Shown: one piece after another, positions 1-6,778 of the stretch | How positions within the stretch are numbered: position 1 is the stretch's first letter | Layout of the letters: every line of letters begins with the position of its first letter | From: a bacterium | GTDB taxonomy: Bacteria; RBG-13-61-14; DATKZS01 | DNA: 10,845 nt | Direction of reading: 5' to 3' | Assembly: GCA_046484135.1 (NCBI GenBank) | Contig: JAWOBU010000282.1 | Coordinates: 1-10,845, forward strand | Notes under the pieces: model-generated | Seen by the model: the letters and a program-made list of their open reading frames with translations, nothing else | Database searches by the model: none | What the model was told of the DNA's origin: nothing | Translations under genes and position numbers: made by a program

Positions 1-3000
1 GCCGACACCTCGGTAAGCGGCGACTGCACGGGCGGCACCGGCGACATCACGGCCACGGAAGACGACTGCGACTCCTCGGACGGCTCGTGCTCGATAGACA
101 CCACCGACTACAACTGGGGCGTAACCCGCCTGGACGACGGCGACACCACTACAAGTGTTGACGTAACACCGAATGGTCCCCATGACATCAATGACGGTGA
201 TACCATTCTGTTCAGTTGTGCAGTCAACTGGAATGAAGGCACCTGCACCGACGACTGCCTGCCTTGGACCAGCGACGAGAGCGGATGCGGGACCTATGAT
301 TCCTCAACCGGTCTGTATACCGGGGAAAACGGCGACTGCACCGATGTGGTTTCCGGAAACACGAAGGGTATGTCGGACGGCGAGACCATTAACGTAACAG
401 CCGAGACCACCGGCGATCCTCCCGTCATCAGCTCGGTCTTCCCGCTGGACTTTGCGGCCCGCTACCAGGGCAACGCCCATGCAGAGGACCAGCCCTTGAC
501 AGTGGTGTTCGACGACGCCGCCGGAGACGCGCCCACCGGCATGGACGGCACCTCCTGCGTGTCTGCCAGCGACGCCAGCAAGGTAAACTTTACCTGCGAT
601 CTCTCTACATATCCGGACGTGGTCTGCACGCCCGACAGCGCGGACATCCCCTACCACACCAGGGACACCTATAATTGCTCTGTTGATGCTACAAACTCTG
701 CAGGCTCCGACAGCTCCAGCGGCAGCATGGTAACCTCGATCCTCGAGAGCGATCTCACCGGCGGCGGCTTCGGAGGCGGCTACATCGGCGGCGGCACCTA
801 TGACAGCGCCGCGGGCAAGCCGGTCCACACCACCGTGGACATCTACGCGGTGGAGCGGGAAAGCGGCGATACCATCGGCGGCAACGTGTTCGTACAGATC
901 ATCCAGGGAGGCACCCTGCGCGAGTACTTCACCGACGCGACCGGCCACCTGAATATCGAGCTCGACACCATGCCGATTGACGAGATAACCATGGGATACA
1001 AGTGCGGCTCCACCACCTGCGACGAAACCAGCAAAGCTGCCAAGGCCGACTGGTACGGCTACATAACCTACACCGACGTTGATGCAAAGGACGCTTACGT
1101 ACAGATGAGGCACATGTCGCCGCTCGGCAGGCACCATACCACCGTTAGCGGAACCATGCCCCACGGCGAATTTGAAGATCATATTGACTCTCATCCGGCC
1201 AGCGGCGATATGGACCGGGCCAGGCAGATATTCACACCGCCCGTCCACCTGCGCGGCGTCATCGTGATATCCACCTTGAAGGACATCTACGCGGTAACCA
1301 ACCTGGACGCCCTGCTCCAGGTGTCGGACTCCGAGAGTTCCATCTCCCTGTGCATGGATCCGGCCGATACTCTGAGGTACTCAACCACATTCGCCTTGTA
1401 TCCCAACCTGCTGGCCCCGGACATTCTCCGCAACCAGTGGTGGGACCCCTGCGACACCAATGACCTGGGCCAACACGATTTCGAGTACAAGATCTGGCAG
1501 CCCGAGTCCTACAACGTGCTCTGGAGCGTAGGAGCCTATGCGAACGCGACCAACTTCTCCCTGACCGGCGCTCTCAACCTGCTTGACTTCCCCATCTACG
1601 TAACCGCACTGGGAATGGATGAAGTGGACCTGTCCAGCTGGGACGGGACCTCTGAAAACAGCGTGGATATGGGAGACCTGGACTTCGACTATGACCTGCG
1701 CGAGGACTGGACCGAGGACCAGCTCGGATACGTGGGAGACTCTTACGACACCAGGACCGACATCTCCGCCAGCCCCGTGTTCCCGCTCGACCCGGCCAGG
1801 AGGGACGCCAGGCTGGGAGACGACAGCGGCCGCTATACCGGCTACAAGGTGGCAAACGAGTCCGACAGCGAATTGGGCGGATCATCTCAGAAGGACCATC
1901 GCTTCACCCGCAATAACATGATCACGGTAAGCGGCGCCGACTACGGCGACCCGTTCGGTCTGGGAGTTACCGGACTGTCCTTTGCGCCAGTGATTGACGA
2001 CCAGGACTGGACCGTGTTCAAGCTCGCCTATACCCAGTCCACCGGCAACCTGATGGGCAAAGGGGACATCATGCCCTGGAGCGGCGGCGGCGACACCGAG
2101 GTCCCCGGCATCGAGCACGGCTTCCCCGCTTCCTCCTTGGGCTCGGTGTCCGGCATTTCCAACGGCACCTCCACATTTGACTTCACCGCCCGCACCGAGG
2201 GAGGCCCGGCCAATTACTCGGTGATAGGAGTGGTAAGCCGCGGCGCCTGGACCCAGGCTGCCATGTCCGATCCCTCTTTGTTCGGCGCCGGCAGCGTTCC
2301 CACCAATAGCGGCTCTATCATCTCGGTATACAGCACTGCCTCGGGCGAGGGGAGTGACCCCGGCGACCCCGAGACCACCTCGGCGGTCAAGATAGATGAC
2401 TTTATGAATATGCCCGAGCCGGTCTCGCCCGCGCGGGACGATTATCTCTATCCTGCTCCGCAGTGGGCCAACACCCTCCAGGAGTCCGCGGCCATCAACC
2501 GCAACTCCGAGCTCTGGCCGGACGAGACTACTGACTCCGGCAATGAGTTAGCGAAGGACACCGATGATCCGTGGAGCCGGTACTACTTCGAGTTCACCAA
2601 TCCGGGAATGATGATTGACACCGATAAGGCCATCCACGTGTGGCAGGCCGGCGTGAGCGACGGCACCAAGTTCACCTTTGACGGCTCCACCGTAACCACC
2701 GTGCTTGGTAAGCATTCCACCAAGTCCCCCGTCCAGGACAAGAGTATGGGAGACAGCGGTGATGCTGACCGCTCCGGACACGCTTATGAGACCGGCGGCA
2801 ATATGGTGTTCGTGGACGATCTGTATCCCAGGAACGGCAGGTTCGACAACTGGGGCGTCCGGCCGGGCGACTCGCTTGATCTCTATGAGCAGGGTGCCAG
2901 GTGCTACATCTCCGCCGTAAACCGCGGCGACATGACTGAAGGAAGCCCGAGAGACCAACTGGTGATAGACCCGAGTCAGAGTTCCAGTTGCGGAACCAGT

Positions 3001-3468
3001 AGCTGGTCCGACATCTTCGGCGGCACCAACGTAAGCAACGTGGACTACTCGGTCATTAGGCAGGCCAACCCCGAAGGCGAGTGCGGAATTGACGATTACA
3101 ACTACGGCGGCGCTACCGGCTATGGCTGCAGCGGCAACAGCTTCTGGGACGTGTTCGGTCCGGTTACCGGAACCGGCAACATTGTCGCGCACGTGCCCGA
3201 CATTACACCAACCACTTCCTACACCGACCCCGACGGCACAACCGGGGCAGTGCCCAGCTTCTGGGAAGGAAGCACTACTCACCTGGCTTCGCCGGCCGTG
3301 GACGGAGCACAGCTCAAGTGGAGCTACGAGCTGTTCGTGTACAATACCGACAGTTGGACCAACGGCGGCCTCGACCACGCATTCGACTACAACAACCAGA
3401 ACATACACACCACCGAGCTCACCAGCCAGTTCGTGGCAACGGACAGTGCTTACTTCTTCATCTACTAA
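1..3468 (+). CDS. Very large acidic, Cys-rich, Ig-like-domain protein, probably extracellular/surface (5'-partial, >=1155 aa)
   Basis: Frame +1 has no stop from base 1 (ADTSVSGDCTGGTGDITATEDDCDSSDGSC...) through the GTG at 346 to TAA at 3466-3468. Strong C-ending codon bias (GAC/ACC/GGC/TAC/AAC). D/T/S/G-rich, 20 Cys, Ig-like signatures, no obvious TM helix, terminator downstream. Confidence 0.9.
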   Translation, partial: ADTSVSGDCTGGTGDITATEDDCDSSDGSCSIDTTDYNWGVTRLDDGDTTTSVDVTPNGPHDINDGDTILFSCAVNWNEGTCTDDCLPWTSDESGCGTYDSSTGLYTGENGDCTDVVSGNTKGMSDGETINVTAETTGDPPVISSVFPLDFAARYQGNAHAEDQPLTVVFDDAAGDAPTGMDGTSCVSASDASKVNFTCDLSTYPDVVCTPDSADIPYHTRDTYNCSVDATNSAGSDSSSGSMVTSILESDLTGGGFGGGYIGGGTYDSAAGKPVHTTVDIYAVERESGDTIGGNVFVQIIQGGTLREYFTDATGHLNIELDTMPIDEITMGYKCGSTTCDETSKAAKADWYGYITYTDVDAKDAYVQMRHMSPLGRHHTTVSGTMPHGEFEDHIDSHPASGDMDRARQIFTPPVHLRGVIVISTLKDIYAVTNLDALLQVSDSESSISLCMDPADTLRYSTTFALYPNLLAPDILRNQWWDPCDTNDLGQHDFEYKIWQPESYNVLWSVGAYANATNFSLTGALNLLDFPIYVTALGMDEVDLSSWDGTSENSVDMGDLDFDYDLREDWTEDQLGYVGDSYDTRTDISASPVFPLDPARRDARLGDDSGRYTGYKVANESDSELGGSSQKDHRFTRNNMITVSGADYGDPFGLGVTGLSFAPVIDDQDWTVFKLAYTQSTGNLMGKGDIMPWSGGGDTEVPGIEHGFPASSLGSVSGISNGTSTFDFTARTEGGPANYSVIGVVSRGAWTQAAMSDPSLFGAGSVPTNSGSIISVYSTASGEGSDPGDPETTSAVKIDDFMNMPEPVSPARDDYLYPAPQWANTLQESAAINRNSELWPDETTDSGNELAKDTDDPWSRYYFEFTNPGMMIDTDKAIHVWQAGVSDGTKFTFDGSTVTTVLGKHSTKSPVQDKSMGDSGDADRSGHAYETGGNMVFVDDLYPRNGRFDNWGVRPGDSLDLYEQGARCYISAVNRGDMTEGSPRDQLVIDPSQSSSCGTSSWSDIFGGTNVSNVDYSVIRQANPEGECGIDDYNYGGATGYGCSGNSFWDVFGPVTGTGNIVAHVPDITPTTSYTDPDGTTGAVPSFWEGSTTHLASPAVDGAQLKWSYELFVYNTDSWTNGGLDHAFDYNNQNIHTTELTSQFVATDSAYFFIY
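154..399 (+). other. Bacterial Ig-like (Big_2-type) domain within the large protein
   Basis: SVDVTPNGPHDINDGDTILFSCAV...WTSDESGCGTYDSSTGLYTG...ETINVT follows the Big_2 pattern (V-T-P, G-x-T-x-x-F, W-x-S, G-T-x-D-x-x-x-G-L-Y-T). Recognised by eye. Confidence 0.6.
412..720 (+). other. Second Ig-like domain (Big_5/PKD-like beta sandwich) within the large protein
   Basis: Starts DPPVISSVFP...LTVVFD (Big_5-like) and ends TYNCSVDATNSAGS (PKD/He_PIG-like Y-x-h-x-h-x-A-T-N-x-A-G-S). Contains 4 Cys. Confidence 0.45.
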
Positions 3469-3487
3469 AGGCATACGTAAAAAAGCC

Positions 3488-3521
3488 AAAAAGCGGCGTC
3501 TCATCCGAGGCGCCGCTTTTT
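3488..3521 (+). terminator. Rho-independent terminator (potentially bidirectional)
   Basis: AAAAA-GCGGCGTCTC-atcc-GAGGCGCCGC-TTTTT: 10-bp stem with one G-U pair, 4-nt loop, A5/T5 flanks, 19 nt after the stop codon. Confidence 0.9.
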
Positions 3522-3570
3522 ACGTCGCAACAGGCCCGGGAAGTCTATAACGGGAAACGTGCAAGAAAAT

Positions 3571-3599
3571 TTGAACAAAATCCTCTAATAAAATATCAT
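3571..3599 (+). promoter_or_regulatory. Putative sigma70-type promoter of the glycosyltransferase operon
   Basis: TTGAAC (3571-3576), 17-nt spacer, TATCAT (3594-3599), inside an AT-rich island just downstream of the terminator. Confidence 0.65.
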
Positions 3600-3631
3600 A
3601 ATCTGAGGAGCTAAAGTCGAGGAAAGTTTAC

Positions 3632-3636
3632 AAGGA
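3632..3636 (+). promoter_or_regulatory. Shine-Dalgarno site for the first GT2 gene
   Basis: AAGGA 6 nt upstream of ATG 3643. Confidence 0.6.
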
Positions 3637-3642
3637 CGGTCA

Positions 3643-4620
3643 ATGTTGATGGAAGCTAAGGCAACGGGCGGGGTGGAGGTATCCATTGTTGTGCCGGTAT
3701 ATAATGAGAGACTGAGCCTGGAAGAGGTTTGCAGCGGCATCGTAAGCGTTCTTTCCGATCAGGGCCGCGGGTTTGAGATCATCTTTGTAGATGACGGCAG
3801 TACGGACGGGAGCTTCGAGGTCCTGGACAGCCTGGCTTCAGGCGATACCCGCGTGCGCGTAATCCGGCTCCGGCGGAACTTCGGCCAGACCGCGGCGCTG
3901 CGGGCCGGCTTTGATTACTCGCAAGGAGAGATCATAGTAAGCATGGACGCGGACGGCCAGAACGACCCTGCCGACATTCCCGCCATGATAGAGAAGCTGG
4001 AGGAAGGCTACGACCTGGTTAACGGATGGCGGGCCACCCGGCGCGACAACCTGATCACGCGCAAGCTTCCCTCCCGGCTCGGCAACTCACTCATCAGGCT
4101 TCTCACCGGGGTAAAGCTCAGAGACTTCGGCTGTACCCTGAAGGCCTACCGCAGGGAGGTCATCGAGGAGCTTTCCCTGTACGGCGAGATGCACCGCATG
4201 AGCCCGGTACTCGCCCATCTCATGGGCGCGGCCATAACCGAGCTGCCGGTAAGCCACCACCCACGCCAGTCGGGCCGGTCCAAGTACAGCATCCTCCGAG
4301 CCGTGAGCGTGGTAATGGACCTCATAACCCTGAAGTTCTTCCTGGGCTACTTTACAAGGCCCCTGCATATCTTCGGGCTCATGGGGCTGGTAACCACCAT
4401 CCTGGGGGGAGGCTCATTTCTGGCTGTCATCCTGATGAAGCTCTACCAGGGGATAAACATGACCGGGAACCCCATTCTTTACCTGGGTGTCCTGTGCGTG
4501 GTGGTCGGCGTTCAGCTTATCATGCTCGGTCTCCTGGGCGAGGTTACCATCCGGACCTACTTCGAGTCGCAGAACAAGCCCATCTACATGATCAAGGAGA
4601 TCAGGGAAAGCGATCAATGA
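3643..4620 (+). CDS. Family 2 glycosyltransferase, ArnC/GtrB/DPM1-like polyprenol-phosphate sugar transferase with two C-terminal TM helices
   Basis: SIVVPVYNE, FVDDGSTDGS, RRNFGQTAAL, MDADGQNDPADIP (DxD), RDFGCTLKAYRR, LYGEMHR, and two hydrophobic C-terminal segments. Alternative start at ATG 3649. Confidence 0.93.
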   Translation: MLMEAKATGGVEVSIVVPVYNERLSLEEVCSGIVSVLSDQGRGFEIIFVDDGSTDGSFEVLDSLASGDTRVRVIRLRRNFGQTAALRAGFDYSQGEIIVSMDADGQNDPADIPAMIEKLEEGYDLVNGWRATRRDNLITRKLPSRLGNSLIRLLTGVKLRDFGCTLKAYRREVIEELSLYGEMHRMSPVLAHLMGAAITELPVSHHPRQSGRSKYSILRAVSVVMDLITLKFFLGYFTRPLHIFGLMGLVTTILGGGSFLAVILMKLYQGINMTGNPILYLGVLCVVVGVQLIMLGLLGEVTIRTYFESQNKPIYMIKEIRESDQ

Positions 4621-5792
4621 CCGAGGTGCTGGTTATTGCTCCCACCCCCTTCTTTTCCGACCGGGGCTGTCATGTCCGTATTTTCGAGCTTTCCCGTTCA
4701 CTGCAAAAACTCGGGTATGATCCTTTGATATTGACCTATCCAGCGGGGGAGGACCCTCCTGGAGTCTCTGTAACTCGGATGCGGGGCTGGAGCTGGTATC
4801 GAAAGGTGGAAGCCGGGCCTGCCTGGCCCCGCCTGCTTATTGACCTGTCCCTGTTAAAACAGGCTGCCAGGCTTTTGCGAGAGCAAAAGCCAAAGCTGGT
4901 GTACGCCTTCCTGCACGAGGGGTGTGCAATCGCCCGGGTCCTGCGGCCGTTGTATGGCGTGCCTTTTGTGTTCGATTACCAGGGGTCTATGACCATGGAG
5001 AGCCTCCAGCACGGCTTTATAAGGGAGGGGTGGCTGGAGAAGGCCTTTCGTGCAGCGGAGCGCCGGCTGGACGCCTCTGCCGACCATATCGTAACCAGCG
5101 CAGCCGAGCTCGGGCGGGACCTTGAAGAGCGGGGGCTTCCTGTGTCCACCGTCCCGGACGGGGTGGACCCGGACAGGTTCTCGCCGGGCGAGCCGGAGGC
5201 ATCTCTGAGGGCCCGGCTGGGCCTGCCGGATGACATGCCTTTGCTGGTCTACCTGGGAGTGATGAGCGATTACCAGGGCGTGGACATCCTGCTGGACTCG
5301 GCGCTGATTTTACAAAGAGAAGGGGTCTCCGCCCACTTTCTGCTCATGGGGTACCCGGAAGATTTTTATAAAGACAAGGCGAAGGCCATGGGGCTCGGCG
5401 ATAGCGTTACTTTTACCGGCCGGGTGGATTACTTCAAGGCCGCCGACTACCTTCGGCTCGGCGCCGCGGCGCTGGCGCCCAAGCTCTCGCGGACCGAGTC
5501 GAACGGCAAGGTCTTAAATTACATGGCCTGCGGCCTGCCGGTGGTCGCTTTTGACCTGGCGGTGAACCGGGAGCTTCTGGGAAGCGAGGCAGAGTGGGCC
5601 ACAGTAGCCGGCGATCGGCAAGGGTGCGCGGAGGAGTTTGCCCGGGCCATAGCTGATATCCTGTCGGACCGCGACAAAGCGGCGCGGCTGTCGGAGGCCG
5701 GCAGGAAGCGGGCGGTGGAGAATTTTTCCCTCGAGCGACAGGCGGAGAAGCTTGCTCATGTGTGCGCAAATGTCATTGCAAGAGCGGGATAG
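4617..5792 (+). CDS. Family 4 glycosyltransferase (GT-B), 391 aa
   Basis: True start is MTEVLVIAPTPFFSDRGCHVRI, an ATGA overlap with the upstream stop, not 4026 as in the ORF track. Motifs VPDGVDPDRFSPG, VYLG...YQGVDILL, VTFTGRV, KVLNYMACGLPVVAFD. Confidence 0.92.
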   Translation: MTEVLVIAPTPFFSDRGCHVRIFELSRSLQKLGYDPLILTYPAGEDPPGVSVTRMRGWSWYRKVEAGPAWPRLLIDLSLLKQAARLLREQKPKLVYAFLHEGCAIARVLRPLYGVPFVFDYQGSMTMESLQHGFIREGWLEKAFRAAERRLDASADHIVTSAAELGRDLEERGLPVSTVPDGVDPDRFSPGEPEASLRARLGLPDDMPLLVYLGVMSDYQGVDILLDSALILQREGVSAHFLLMGYPEDFYKDKAKAMGLGDSVTFTGRVDYFKAADYLRLGAAALAPKLSRTESNGKVLNYMACGLPVVAFDLAVNRELLGSEAEWATVAGDRQGCAEEFARAIADILSDRDKAARLSEAGRKRAVENFSLERQAEKLAHVCANVIARAG

Positions 5793-6777
5793 AAAAACAG
5801 CCGCAGGCGGGAAGAGGGTGAGGGTCCTCCTTCATCAGTTCGAGAGGGCGGCCGCTTTTCTGGACCTGGCCTGGCGGCGCCGGGCCTCCGCGGGAAAAAC
5901 CGGGCTCGGCAGGGAAGCGGCCCATTGGTCCGTTGCTGAAAAGCATCCGGTAGTGGAGTGGCAGGACCATCCCGCGGTCCGGCGGCACGTGAACACCAGG
6001 GTATCGGGCAGACCGGACGTAAACTGGCTCGAGTGTTTCTTCCAGCGCTTTGGCGGCGACGGCATTGACTGCGCGCTCAACCTGGGCTGCGGCTTCGGCG
6101 ACCTCGAGGAGCACGCCTTTTCCACCGGCATGGTGCGCCGGTTTTACTCGCTGGACATCTCCAGCGCCGCGGTTGAGCATTGCAGAAGGCGCTTCTCAGG
6201 CCGCGCCGCCGAGTTCGAGGTCTTTGATTTAAACCATGCCGTGCTGGAGCCGGAGCGGTTTGACGCGGTGTTCGGCGCTTCCGTGCTTCATCATGTTTCT
6301 GCGCTGGAGCACCTTTTGGACGAAGTGGAAAAGGCCCTTGTGCCGGGCGGCTGGTTCGTGTTCGACGAGTACGTGGGTCCTTCCAGGTTTCAGTGGCGGA
6401 CGCGTCAGTTGGAAGTAATAAACGAGCTTCTGTCCGCCCTGCCGCGGCGGTACCGGCGGGACCTGCGCAGTCGCTGTCGCTATAAGCGGCGGGTGTACCC
6501 GAACCCGCTGGACGAGACGAGCCGTGATTCACCGTTCGAGGCGGTCCGCTCGGAAGAGATACTGCCGCTGGTGGAAGCGCGGTTCGAGGTCATAAGCCGG
6601 CGGGATTACGGGGGCGCTCTTTTGCATCCTCTCCTGGACGGCATCGCGGGCAACTTCCGGATGGATTCGGGCGATGACATGCGGCTTCTTTTCCGGCTCC
6701 TCTTGCTGGAGGGGGAGCTGGAGCGTGCGGGCATAATAGGCTCCGACTTCACGTCGGTAGTGGCGCGGAAGGTCTGA
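5770..6777 (+). CDS. Class I SAM-dependent methyltransferase
   Basis: Motif I ALNLGCGFGDLE, acidic LDIS, FDAVFGASVLHHV, ALVPGGWFVFDEYVGP. Start uncertain: TTG 5752, ATG 5758, ATG 5770, or GTG 5818 (AGGCGG 7 nt upstream). Confidence 0.88.
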   Translation: MSLQERDRKTAAGGKRVRVLLHQFERAAAFLDLAWRRRASAGKTGLGREAAHWSVAEKHPVVEWQDHPAVRRHVNTRVSGRPDVNWLECFFQRFGGDGIDCALNLGCGFGDLEEHAFSTGMVRRFYSLDISSAAVEHCRRRFSGRAAEFEVFDLNHAVLEPERFDAVFGASVLHHVSALEHLLDEVEKALVPGGWFVFDEYVGPSRFQWRTRQLEVINELLSALPRRYRRDLRSRCRYKRRVYPNPLDETSRDSPFEAVRSEEILPLVEARFEVISRRDYGGALLHPLLDGIAGNFRMDSGDDMRLLFRLLLLEGELERAGIIGSDFTSVVARKV

Positions 6778-6778
6778 C

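Noticed and set aside
1..1030. Cys clusters as heme-binding or Fe-S motifs
   Set aside because: No CxxCH or ferredoxin-type spacing; the pattern fits extracellular disulfides better.
304..1248. 314-aa minus-strand ORF (also 2548..3504, 318 aa, and 6749..7723, 324 aa)
   Set aside because: Antisense shadows of strongly biased GC-rich sense genes; no recognisable motifs and fully overlapping better-supported CDSs.
1..3468. N-glycosylation sequons in the large protein
   Set aside because: By hand count 9 of about 51 Asn are in N-X-S/T, roughly what the high Ser+Thr content predicts, so there is no enrichment.
3313..3525. Possible diversity-generating retroelement target (AAC-rich 3' end plus downstream hairpin)
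   Set aside because: No template repeat or reverse transcriptase in the window and no C-type-lectin-like GFR ending. The hairpin is explained as a terminator.
4026..4616. 197-codon upstream extension of the GT4 ORF, suggesting a -1 frameshift GT2-GT4 fusion
   Set aside because: The extension is Pro/Arg/Gly/His-rich off-frame sequence overlapping an intact GT2. There is a clean ATGA-coupled start at 4617 and no canonical slippery heptamer was noticed (G6 at 4404-4409 simply encodes Leu-Gly-Gly).
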